Program-made: the position numbers and the translations under genes | The notes under the pieces: generated by a model | The model's input: the letters and a program-made list of their open reading frames with translations, nothing else | What the model was told of the DNA's origin: nothing | Database searches by the model: none | IMG/VR virus record: IMGVR_UViG_3300023174_000080 | Coordinates: 1 to 64,000 of that record | DNA: 64,000 nt | From: a virus | Reading direction: 5' to 3' (one strand) | Shown: positions 15,902-24,282 of the stretch, piece by piece | Layout of the letters: the number at the start of each line of letters is the position of its first letter | How positions within the stretch are numbered: position 1 is the stretch's first letter

Positions 15902-16211
15902 AATATTAGGTAGTAGGCTTAGAAGTAGCCATCTTTAAAGAGTGAAACAAAATCCTTGGCTAGTAGATATATGTCCGTTAACAGCGGAGAGCTATGTGAA
16001 GTTTACCCGAAGAAAGCGTAACGAAACCCGATGTCAGTTACGTAGACAACAAGCTAGTAGGTAAGCTCTAATATATCATAAATCTTGGGGGTTGGGTAAT
16101 AGGAAAGTCAGTTAATTCTGATGGGATAGAAAAAAACTTAAGATATAATCATTGAAAAGATTATATTGTTTATTTCCTCCCTTTCTTTAGTGTAGTAACA
16201 CGCCTAATATT
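15902..16211 (+). ncRNA. Structured ncRNA mimicking the 23S rRNA uL11-binding/GTPase-associated centre (H43-H44) with a large structured insert
   Basis: 5' GTAGGCTTAGAAGTAGCCATCTTTAAAGAGT matches H43; 3' GTGTAGTAACAC matches H44; 9-bp closing stem AATATTAGG/CCTAATATT; no ORF; multiple internal helices. Confidence 0.85.
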
Positions 16212-16228
16212 GATGTTGATGAGGAAAC

Positions 16229-16492
16229 ATGAAAAAAAATAAAATTGGTAAATGGAATTATAGAGTTTTTAAAACAATTAAATCAAATGGTTTAGAAGAA
16301 TATGGTATAGTAGAAGTATTTTATGACACTAAAGATAAACCAGTTGGATACACTGATTTTCAAATTCCTTGGGGTGAAAATTTAAAAGATTTGAAATGGG
16401 AATTATCTTCTATGTTAAAATCTTGTAGACAAGAAGTTTTAACAGAACAAGATTTTAAACCGAGAAAAAAAAATGCAAAAAGCAAAAGTTAA
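16229..16492 (+). CDS. Hypothetical protein (WNYRV...IVEVFYD family), paralog 1
   Basis: GAGG SD; similar to next gene. Confidence 0.7.
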   Translation: MKKNKIGKWNYRVFKTIKSNGLEEYGIVEVFYDTKDKPVGYTDFQIPWGENLKDLKWELSSMLKSCRQEVLTEQDFKPRKKNAKSKS

Positions 16493-16787
16493 AGATTGGG
16501 ATTATAGAGTTTATAAATCCGGTGATTTTTTTGGAATAGTAGAAGTTTATTATGATAAATCAGGAAAGATAGTTGGTTTTAGTGATTATAATTATCCATT
16601 TGGCTACACTGAACAAGAATTAAAAATGGATTTAAATACAATGCAAAGAGCGTTCAAAAAACCAATATTAAACGAATCAGATCTTAAAAAAAATAATAAA
16701 TCTATAAGAAAAAAAAGAACAATTATTCCATCAATTTCTAAACCTCCATTAAAAGAAGAAATTTCAAAAGGACAACAGAATGTCTAA
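16473..16787 (+). CDS. Hypothetical protein (WDYRV...IVEVYYD family), paralog 2
   Basis: Tandem paralogue. Confidence 0.7.
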   Translation: MQKAKVKDWDYRVYKSGDFFGIVEVYYDKSGKIVGFSDYNYPFGYTEQELKMDLNTMQRAFKKPILNESDLKKNNKSIRKKRTIIPSISKPPLKEEISKGQQNV

Positions 16788-17028
16788 TAACTGGAAAACA
16801 GAAAAGATATTTTCTTCTTATAAAGAAGCATTAGAATTAAAAAAGACGTTGCAGCACGAACCTCAAGGTGCTACACTACAATTTAAAATTAAAAAATATA
16901 TAGAATTAGATGGTAAAGAAATTTTTCACGTTAAAAGTAGAACAGATCCTAGCCTTGTTGCAGTAATACAAGAAATAGAAGAACAACTGTTAATTAATAA
17001 AAATAAAAAGAAAAAAGGTGAAAAATGA
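16780..17028 (+). CDS. Hypothetical protein
   Basis: ORF coupled to neighbours. Confidence 0.6.
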   Translation: MSNNWKTEKIFSSYKEALELKKTLQHEPQGATLQFKIKKYIELDGKEIFHVKSRTDPSLVAVIQEIEEQLLINKNKKKKGEK

Positions 17029-17651
17029 TATTCGGTAAAAAAATTAATGATGATAAAGAAAAACAAAAAGAAGCAGCACCTGCACGTAAAACAAGAGATA
17101 GAGATGAAGATATTCTAGATGTAGAACATGAAGATGGGCATATATATTTCTATACTGAAGTTAATAAAGGATCTATTCTTGATTTAAACCAAGCAATACG
17201 TACTAGTGAAGCCGACATGTTGCACACAGCTCAGATACTTCAAATACCAACACCGGAAATTAAACTTCATATTAATAGTCCCGGTGGTAGTTTGTTTGAT
17301 GGTCTTGCAGCTGTTGATTATGTGCGTAAGAGTAAAGCACCAGTACATTCTATTATTGAAGGTATGGCAGCTTCAGCTGCAACTCTTATTTCAGTAATGG
17401 CTCATAAACGTTCTATTAATAAACATTCTTATATGCTGATTCATCAACTTTCTTCTGGGGCTATTGGAAAGTTTGAAGAATTAATGGACGACATGGAAAA
17501 CAATAAAGCTTTGATGAAAGCAATTAAACAAATTTATCTGGAGCGTACAAAAATTCCAGAAAACCTGTTGAAAGATATCCTTAAAAAAGATATCTATTTT
17601 GACGCAAAGCAGTGCCTGAAGTATGGTCTTGTAGACCAAATTCTAGAATAA
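17025..17651 (+). CDS. clpP: ClpP-family serine protease
   Basis: HINSPGG, GMAASAAT (Ser), MLIHQ (His), KKDIYFDA..CLKYGLVD. Confidence 0.88.
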   Translation: MIFGKKINDDKEKQKEAAPARKTRDRDEDILDVEHEDGHIYFYTEVNKGSILDLNQAIRTSEADMLHTAQILQIPTPEIKLHINSPGGSLFDGLAAVDYVRKSKAPVHSIIEGMAASAATLISVMAHKRSINKHSYMLIHQLSSGAIGKFEELMDDMENNKALMKAIKQIYLERTKIPENLLKDILKKDIYFDAKQCLKYGLVDQILE

Positions 17652-17662
17652 AGGAAAATAAA

Positions 17663-17968
17663 ATGAAGACACTCGTTATGACCGCAGTAGCAGCAGCAAT
17701 GTTTGTAGGTTGCACCAGCAAGACCAGCGTACCAGCCGCCGGTTCTACCTCTACCACCACACCAGTAGTAGAAGTTTCAGCACCAGCAGTATCAACCACT
17801 ACACAAACTTCCCCTACTGTAGCCGCTCCAGTTGCCCCACAAACCGCTGTAGTGGCCCCATCCGTAGGTGGAAGCACTTCTGCCGCTCCAGCAGCCTCTA
17901 GCGGCTCTACAACATCAGCTGTATCAGGTACAGCAGCAGGTTCTGCCGCTACAGCTGATAAGAAGTAA
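17663..17968 (+). CDS. Ser/Thr/Ala/Pro-rich lipoprotein
   Basis: MKTLVMTAVAAAMFVGC lipobox; low-complexity body; AAGGA SD. Confidence 0.75.
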   Translation: MKTLVMTAVAAAMFVGCTSKTSVPAAGSTSTTTPVVEVSAPAVSTTTQTSPTVAAPVAPQTAVVAPSVGGSTSAAPAASSGSTTSAVSGTAAGSAATADKK

Positions 17969-18050
17969 TTTTTAACAATCCCGCAGGTGACGGCATGGGG
18001 AGTCTGTTTTTTAATAGACAAATAGATGTCGTCTTACTATTTATATATGA

Positions 18051-18121
18051 GGGCGATTAGTTAAACGGGATAACAACGGCTTTGCAAGCCGTGATTGACA
18101 GTTCGATTCTGTCATCGTCCA
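18051..18121 (+). tRNA. tRNA-Ala(UGC)
   Basis: Acceptor GGGCGAT/ATCGTCC with G3:U70; anticodon arm ACGGC-TTTGCAA-GCCGT; T arm GACAG-TTCGATT-CTGTC; discriminator A; CCA not encoded. Confidence 0.92.
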
Positions 18122-18123
18122 TT

Positions 18124-18315
18124 ATGAAGCAAAATAAATCTAGCAATACAATATGGCTAAGAATAATGGTGATACTTAATACAATTGCTGTTGCTGGTTA
18201 TATTTTTTATGGTGAGTATGAAAAAAAACAACCACGGATGGTAAAACATGTTTGCCAAACCGTGGCTGCTGATCAAGAAAAAGGCTTGATCGCCCTTACC
18301 TGCCTAGAAGATTAA
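18124..18315 (+). CDS. Single-TM membrane protein
   Basis: Start moved to ATG 18124 because the upstream part of the listed ORF is the tRNA; TM IWLRIMVILNTIAVAGYIFY. Confidence 0.6.
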   Translation: MKQNKSSNTIWLRIMVILNTIAVAGYIFYGEYEKKQPRMVKHVCQTVAADQEKGLIALTCLED

Positions 18316-19130
18316 GCATTCTCTAGTTGCCATAATCCTTCGGCAAGTTGCAATAATGTTTTAGCATTCTCTAAGCTAACACATATTGATATATGTTCAT
18401 AGTGAATTGTGCGTTTACTCAATAAACCAATTACTTTACCTTTATAAAAAATACCAGAACCACTGTGACCGGGAGCAGAAGGAAGAGTAATAATTTCTTC
18501 ATTGTTTTCGTCTAGTCCCATAAATCTACCATCTGTTACGATGAATATATTTTTTGGATGATATCCCAAAGCAGCACCAGAAATCATTACGCTAGCACCA
18601 ACTGGTGGTAATTCATCAGCTAATTCTCTTGCTTCTCCTGCAATACAAGTACTTTTAATAACTGATAAATCTTGCTTTTCGTTTCCTGCCATTGGAAATG
18701 CAGCACACTTTTCACCATCTAATCTCTCAACCATCATTTCAATTTTATCTATTTGGAAGAAATAGAATCCACTTTCGTCTATTTCTAGAGTTGTTTTTTG
18801 TGGGTGTGTTACGTGGGCAACGCTTAATATTAAACTTTCTTTTTTATCAAAGTTATTTCTGACCACAACACCAGAACCTGTCCAGCTTTTTTCTTCACTT
18901 TTTTCTTTTGTTCCTTCTGGCATGCTTGCATTTATACCCAAAACGCTAGCTAAATTAGTTCTATGACCAGAAACTTTTGTGTAAATTTTAACCGTGCTGC
19001 TCATTGCTTCTCTTGCATCAGAACCTTCTTGCGCAAACAGACCGCAACGTTTAAAACAGCCGCTCATCATTACTAATATCATTGTTCCTGCTATTAATTT
19101 GTGTTTAATCCATGTATTATTTCCTTTCAT
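18312..19130 (-). CDS. Trypsin-like (S1) serine protease, probable lipoprotein
   Basis: GSGVVV, SVAHV (His), QDLSVI (Asp), PGHSGSG (Ser); MMSGC lipobox; GGAGG SD. Confidence 0.85.
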   Translation of the reverse strand: MKGNNTWIKHKLIAGTMILVMMSGCFKRCGLFAQEGSDAREAMSSTVKIYTKVSGHRTNLASVLGINASMPEGTKEKSEEKSWTGSGVVVRNNFDKKESLILSVAHVTHPQKTTLEIDESGFYFFQIDKIEMMVERLDGEKCAAFPMAGNEKQDLSVIKSTCIAGEARELADELPPVGASVMISGAALGYHPKNIFIVTDGRFMGLDENNEEIITLPSAPGHSGSGIFYKGKVIGLLSKRTIHYEHISICVSLENAKTLLQLAEGLWQLENA

Positions 19131-19284
19131 TAGACTCTCTCCTCCCTATAAAAGTAGGGGCTGATCTATTATTAACTAGTAACGAAAAAAATCTTCGGCA
19201 TTTTGCTAAAATTAAACTATTTACTAGTTTTAGCTAATTTTTGTTTACAAAACTATTTAAGTGTGCAATAGTATTAATATATTT

Positions 19285-19370
19285 GGAGAGTTGCGTGAGT
19301 GGTCTAAACGAGCGGTTTGCTAAACCGTCGCATTCAAAAGGTGCCGTAGGTTCAAATCCTACACTCTCCG
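19285..19370 (+). tRNA. tRNA-Ser(GCU)
   Basis: Acceptor GGAGAGT/ACTCTCC; anticodon arm GCGGT-TTGCTAA-ACCGT; long variable arm; GTTCAAATC T loop; G73; CCA not encoded. Confidence 0.93.
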
Positions 19371-19384
19371 CTGGAGGATAAAAT

Positions 19385-19615
19385 ATGTCTATTAAAGAAT
19401 TTAATATAAGTTTAGGAACAATAAAAATTCTGGAGATTAAAGATAATCCAGACGGAACAGCTACTATAGAATTTGATATAGACGAAGAATTTAAAAATAA
19501 TTTAATAAAACAAATGAATTGGGATAGTTGGTCAGATGATAAGTTTAGTAAACTAGTTCTAGAAGCATTAGAAAACGCAGTTAAGAACAAGCCGGTTGAC
19601 AGGATAGAAGACTAG
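19385..19615 (+). CDS. Hypothetical protein
   Basis: GGAGG SD immediately after the tRNA. Confidence 0.65.
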   Translation: MSIKEFNISLGTIKILEIKDNPDGTATIEFDIDEEFKNNLIKQMNWDSWSDDKFSKLVLEALENAVKNKPVDRIED

Positions 19616-19633
19616 AAGTAGTATGTTCTTACT

Positions 19634-20194
19634 ATGAACAACAACCAAAACATCCAAAATTATAACATCGTTGATAAGTATAAGTTTGATCGCCTCACTC
19701 AGTGGACTACAGAATTGATTAAAAAAGATCTCCAACAAAAAGCTTTTCCATTCTCAGTTATGATGGAAAATCTTGTTGGAGATTTTAATTTGTCTTCTGT
19801 TCTTCGTTCATGTAACGCTATGAACGGTCGTGAAATGTTCTATCTTGGTCGTAAACAGTATGATAGGCGTGGAACTGTTGGTACCCACCATTACACTGAT
19901 ATAATTAATCTAAAGGACCGTGAAGAGCTTCTAAAGCTAAAAGATCGGTATACTTTTGTTGCCCTTGAAAACAGTGTTCCACAAGCAGAAAGTATTTATA
20001 ATTTTGAATGGCCTGAAAATCCATTAATTATCATTGGAGAAGAAGGTGTTGGTATAACGCAAGAAACGCTAGCTATTTGTGATAGATTTGTATTTATTCC
20101 ACAGTTTGGAAGTGTAAGAAGCATGAATGCAGCAGTAGCTGGAAGTATCGCAATGAATGATTTTGTGATGAAATATCACAAAAAGAACAGATAA
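19634..20194 (+). CDS. SpoU/TrmH-family (SPOUT) RNA 2'-O-methyltransferase
   Basis: NLSSVLRS, IIIGEEGVG, IPQFGSVRSMNAAVAGSI motifs. Confidence 0.88.
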   Translation: MNNNQNIQNYNIVDKYKFDRLTQWTTELIKKDLQQKAFPFSVMMENLVGDFNLSSVLRSCNAMNGREMFYLGRKQYDRRGTVGTHHYTDIINLKDREELLKLKDRYTFVALENSVPQAESIYNFEWPENPLIIIGEEGVGITQETLAICDRFVFIPQFGSVRSMNAAVAGSIAMNDFVMKYHKKNR

Positions 20195-20237
20195 AATACT
20201 ATTTATACCGTGCCGAATGAGCACGAAGGAATAAATA

Positions 20238-21551
20238 ATGTCAAAAAAATACTATGTGTTGGACACAAATGTATATCTAAGCGATTGTGATGCAGTATTT
20301 GCTTATAAGAATAATAACGTAGCAATTCCATTAAAAGTATTAGAGGAAGTTGATAAACATAAAAAACGTCAAGATGGCGTTGGCGCTAATGCAAGACAGT
20401 TTATTCGTACTCTTGATGAACTACGCCAAAAAGGCAGCTTAGATGAAGGTGCAAAGCTTGGTAAGGGAAAAGGAACCATTTCAGTAATTCCATGTGATTT
20501 ATCTCTATTACCAACTGGCTTTGAAAAAGATAATGCCGATAATCAAATTATTGCTGCTGCTCTAACCCTCATTCGTGAATTAGGTGATAATAAAAATGTA
20601 TTCTTAGTATCTCAAGATATCAACATGAGAGTTAAATGCGACTCTCTTGGTATTAGTACTGAAGATTATATCCCAAATCAGATCGTAGAGAGAGCAGAAG
20701 AGGTATTTACAGGCTTTACTCAATATCTTGTAGATGATGCTTTTATTGATCGTTTTTATGCAGGAGAAAAGATTTTATTAGAAGAAAAAGATATTAAACT
20801 TCATCCTAATCAATTTCTAATGCTTGTATCTAATGCAAACGATAAAAAGACTGCATTAGCAAGATTTAGAGCATATAATTTACCACTTTCAAAAGTAAAA
20901 GAATATAAAAATGGTATTTGGGGTATTCATGCAAAAAATAAAGAGCAACAGTTTGCTTTAGAATTGTTAATGGATCCAGAAGTTAAGATAGTTTCTATCA
21001 TTGGTCGTGCCGGTGGAGGCAAAACTCTCAATGCTTTGGCTGCTGGTCTTCAACAAATTCTTGATGATAAGATCTATAAAAAGCTAATCGTATCTCGTCC
21101 AGTTCAACCAATGGGTAAAGATATAGGTTATTTGCCGGGAACACTAGAAGAAAAAATGTCTCCTTGGTTAGCTCCCGTTCAAGACAACCTTGAATTCCTT
21201 ATGGGTGACGATAAGGCACATTTACAGATGCTAATGGAAGCTGGAACTATTGAAATGGAAGCATTGACATATATTCGTGGTCGCTCTATAGCTAATGCCT
21301 TTATTATTATTGATGAATCTCAAAATTTAACATCACATGAGTTAAAAACTATAATTACTCGCGTTGGTGAAGGCACAAAAATTGTACTAACAGGCGATAT
21401 TGAACAAATCGATAATGCATATGTAGATGCTACCACTAATGGTCTTACATATGCTGTTGAAAAATTAAAAGCTTATGATATAACTGGTCATATAACATTG
21501 AAAAAAGGCGAAAGGTCCGCAGTTGCTAGCCTTGCTGCTTCTGTTCTATAG
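20238..21551 (+). CDS. phoH: PIN-domain plus PhoH-family ATPase
   Basis: VLDTNV PIN motif; GRAGGGKT Walker A; IGYLPG, RGRS, IIDESQN, GDIEQID. Confidence 0.92.
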   Translation: MSKKYYVLDTNVYLSDCDAVFAYKNNNVAIPLKVLEEVDKHKKRQDGVGANARQFIRTLDELRQKGSLDEGAKLGKGKGTISVIPCDLSLLPTGFEKDNADNQIIAAALTLIRELGDNKNVFLVSQDINMRVKCDSLGISTEDYIPNQIVERAEEVFTGFTQYLVDDAFIDRFYAGEKILLEEKDIKLHPNQFLMLVSNANDKKTALARFRAYNLPLSKVKEYKNGIWGIHAKNKEQQFALELLMDPEVKIVSIIGRAGGGKTLNALAAGLQQILDDKIYKKLIVSRPVQPMGKDIGYLPGTLEEKMSPWLAPVQDNLEFLMGDDKAHLQMLMEAGTIEMEALTYIRGRSIANAFIIIDESQNLTSHELKTIITRVGEGTKIVLTGDIEQIDNAYVDATTNGLTYAVEKLKAYDITGHITLKKGERSAVASLAASVL

Positions 21552-21565
21552 AAAGAATAAATAAA

Positions 21566-21817
21566 ATGGAAAATTCACAATTAGATGAAGTAGTGCAAAA
21601 AGTAAATCCTATGAAGGAATGGCTCGTAAATTATGTTGGTGAAGCTCTCAAGCCAGAAAAAAATGAAGTTACAGTTGCTATGATAATAGAAGTAATGGCA
21701 AAAGAATTTCCTGAATTTTTGATGGTTTTTGCAGAAGAGAATTTTATTCGTGGTTATCAACAAGCTTTTGCAGATTTAGAAGCAAAAGGTAAAATAACAT
21801 CAACAAACAATGAGTAG
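21566..21817 (+). CDS. Hypothetical protein
   Basis: 83-aa ORF. Confidence 0.65.
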   Translation: MENSQLDEVVQKVNPMKEWLVNYVGEALKPEKNEVTVAMIIEVMAKEFPEFLMVFAEENFIRGYQQAFADLEAKGKITSTNNE

Positions 21818-22493
21818 CATAGAATATATAAAAAAATCTTCAAATAAAAACTCTTCTTTATTAAAAGAGTATCATTTATTTAATGACATTTTAGTAGTTA
21901 TAACTTCTCCATTATCTAATGATGTAAATATTAAAAAAATCTTAAAGCGTATAGAAAAAAATATACCAAAACATTTATTTATAAATTTAGATATAATTTA
22001 TTTTGGTGACTTTAAAGAATTAAAAGCTAGACAAGTATCATCAGCATATATGGATGGTGGAATATATCTTTCTAATAATCAAATATCAGATGAAGAAATA
22101 TATAATTCTATAATTCATGAATTGGCCCATAGCATAGAAAAAAATTTTGAATATGATTTATATGGTGATGAAAAAATACTAGAAGAATTTCTAAATAAAA
22201 GAAAACAATTAAGAGGAATATTAGAATCTAATAAATTATATTGTGAACCATCTTTGTATCTGAAAACAGAATATACTAGAGATTTTGATAATTTTTTGTT
22301 TAAAACTGTTGGTTACGATAAACTAGCTTTATTAATATCAAATATTTTTATTTCTCCATATTCATGTACCTCCTTAAGAGAATATTTTGCATCTGGTTTT
22401 GAGCATTATTACTGCTCAGAAAATCCAGAATATATTAAAAATATTTCACCGAAGTTATATAATAAAATTATATCCTTGACAAAGAATAACTGA
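21810..22493 (+). CDS. HExxH zinc metallopeptidase-like protein
   Basis: IIHELAH...REYFASGF. Confidence 0.65.
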   Translation: MSSIEYIKKSSNKNSSLLKEYHLFNDILVVITSPLSNDVNIKKILKRIEKNIPKHLFINLDIIYFGDFKELKARQVSSAYMDGGIYLSNNQISDEEIYNSIIHELAHSIEKNFEYDLYGDEKILEEFLNKRKQLRGILESNKLYCEPSLYLKTEYTRDFDNFLFKTVGYDKLALLISNIFISPYSCTSLREYFASGFEHYYCSENPEYIKNISPKLYNKIISLTKNN

Positions 22494-22528
22494 TTAGATA
22501 TAATGTACCTAGAAAGTGTAGGTACAAA

Positions 22529-23302
22529 ATGTCTAATCATATATCTTTTTCTGCTTTAAAGATTTGGAATGACTGTCCTTTTAAATATAAGTTAATTTAC
22601 GTAGATAGTGTTCAAAAATTTCGTGGAAGTGAACATACAGCTTTTGGTACTGCTTTACACGAAGCTTGTGAAAAAAAATTATTAGATAATAATATAGATG
22701 AAGTTGAATGCTTTAATTCTAAATTTGAAGAAGAATTAAAGAAAATTCCTTCTGATATAAATGTAGATAATAAACTTATTACTGAAATGAAAGAGCAGGG
22801 AAAGCAGCTATCTACAATGGCACTTCCCGCTCTTAAAGAAAAGTTTGGCAACTTTAAAGTATTATCTGCCGAAGAAGATATTCTTGAAGCAATCAATAAA
22901 ATCCCAGAGCTAAGTTATAATTTTAAAGGATATATTGATTTAATTCTTCAAACTGAAGATGGAAAAATTCATATTCTAGATTGGAAAACCTGCGCTTGGG
23001 GTTGGGATGCTAAAAAGAAGAGCGATCCAATGATTACATACCAGCTCACTTTTTATAAATACTTCTATGCTCAAAAACATAAGGTAGATCCAAAAAATAT
23101 TGAAACATACTTTGCTCTACTTAAGCGTACAGTAAAAAAAGATAATGTAGAAATATTTCGCGTAACCAGCGGTGACAAAAAAACAGAAAATGCATTTAAC
23201 TTATTAACAAAAGCGCTTTATAGTATTAATAAGAATTTTTTCCCAAAAAATCGCTTAAGTTGTAAATATTGCGAATTTAACAACACAAAGGAATGTCCTT
23301 AA
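22529..23302 (+). CDS. Cas4/RecB-like PD-(D/E)XK nuclease with Fe-S cysteines
   Basis: SFS..CP, GTALH, GYIDL, ILDWKT, QL..Y, CxxC...C. Confidence 0.85.
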   Translation: MSNHISFSALKIWNDCPFKYKLIYVDSVQKFRGSEHTAFGTALHEACEKKLLDNNIDEVECFNSKFEEELKKIPSDINVDNKLITEMKEQGKQLSTMALPALKEKFGNFKVLSAEEDILEAINKIPELSYNFKGYIDLILQTEDGKIHILDWKTCAWGWDAKKKSDPMITYQLTFYKYFYAQKHKVDPKNIETYFALLKRTVKKDNVEIFRVTSGDKKTENAFNLLTKALYSINKNFFPKNRLSCKYCEFNNTKECP

Positions 23303-24282
23303 TGAAAACAGCCGTCATAACAGGTATTACAGGGCAAGATGGAAGCTACCTTGCTGAATTATTATTAGAAAAAGGTTATAAAGTAATAGGTCTAGTGCGT
23401 AGAAGCGCCATGGAAGATAAAAAATTTTATAACATAAATCATCTTCTACAAGATCCTAATTTAGTTTTAGAAAATGGGGATTTAACTGATTCCCCTTCTT
23501 TATGGAGAATCATAAAAGAATATAAACCAGATGAATTTTACAATCTTGCTGCACAAAGCCATGTAGGCGCATCTTTTACCTCCCCAGAAAGCACTTTAGA
23601 AATAAATGCTACTGGGGTTTTAAATTGTCTAGAAGCAATTCGTAATTTAAAGCCTGATACAAAATTTTATCAAGCTTCTACTAGCGAAATGTTTGGAGAT
23701 AATATGAATGCTCCTCAAAATGAAGAAACAGTATTATCTCCTGTTTCTCCATACGCTTGTGCAAAAGTATATGCTCATAATTTAGTTATTAACTATCGTA
23801 AAGCATATAATTTATTTGCATGCTCTGGTATTCTTTTTAATCACGAATCTCCTCGTCGTGGCGAACAATTTGTAACTAGAAAAATTACAAAAGCAGCGGC
23901 ACGAATTAAAATTGGTTTACAAAATGAATTACGTTTAGGAAATTTAGATGCTAAACGGGATTGGGGATATGCAAAGGAATACGTAGAAGGAATGTATTTA
24001 ATGCTACAGCATGAGTCACCAGACGATTATGTACTTGGTACGGGAATAACACACACTATTAGTGAATTTATTACTTGCATATCTGATATTGCTGGTTATA
24101 ATTTATTTAATCATGTAGTTATTGATGATAAATATAAACGTCCTAGTGAAGTTCCTCTATTGCTTGCCGATCCTTCAAAAGCAAAAAGAGTATTAGGATG
24201 GGAACCAAAAACTAATCTAAAACAACTAGCAGAATTAATGTATAATTCTGATCTAGAAAAGGAAAAAAATAATGTCAAATAA
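23302..24282 (+). CDS. gmd: GDP-mannose 4,6-dehydratase
   Basis: ITGITGQDGSYLAE, AAQSHV, QASTSEMFG, YACAK, NHESPRRG, RDWG. Confidence 0.95.
   Translation: MKTAVITGITGQDGSYLAELLLEKGYKVIGLVRRSAMEDKKFYNINHLLQDPNLVLENGDLTDSPSLWRIIKEYKPDEFYNLAAQSHVGASFTSPESTLEINATGVLNCLEAIRNLKPDTKFYQASTSEMFGDNMNAPQNEETVLSPVSPYACAKVYAHNLVINYRKAYNLFACSGILFNHESPRRGEQFVTRKITKAAARIKIGLQNELRLGNLDAKRDWGYAKEYVEGMYLMLQHESPDDYVLGTGITHTISEFITCISDIAGYNLFNHVVIDDKYKRPSEVPLLLADPSKAKRVLGWEPKTNLKQLAELMYNSDLEKEKNNVK

Noticed and set aside
16011-16021. AGAAAGCGTAA as the H44 half of the mimic
   Set aside because: Matches E. coli 1086-1096 but cannot close H44; the covarying H44 is at 16190-16201, so this is likely coincidence
16138-16166. 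Group I intron (AAGATATAATC resembles the S element)
   Set aside because: No matching upstream R/P7 partner found; the segment pairs locally with GATTATAT as a simple hairpin
15902-16211. True rRNA gene or host contamination
   Set aside because: Only ~45 nt resemble 23S, they are split by a non-rRNA insert, and both flanks are phage genes
17978-18033. Separate ncRNA from the GACGGCAT/ATGTCGTC and GTCTGTT/AATAGAC stems
   Set aside because: Short and explainable as a terminator or processing hairpin before tRNA-Ala; no family features
18082-18123. N-terminal extension of ORF 18082..18315
   Set aside because: Overlaps the tRNA-Ala gene; ATG 18124 preferred
22529-23302. CRISPR-Cas adaptation module
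   Set aside because: Solitary Cas4-like nuclease with no cas1/cas2 or array in the window; common in phages
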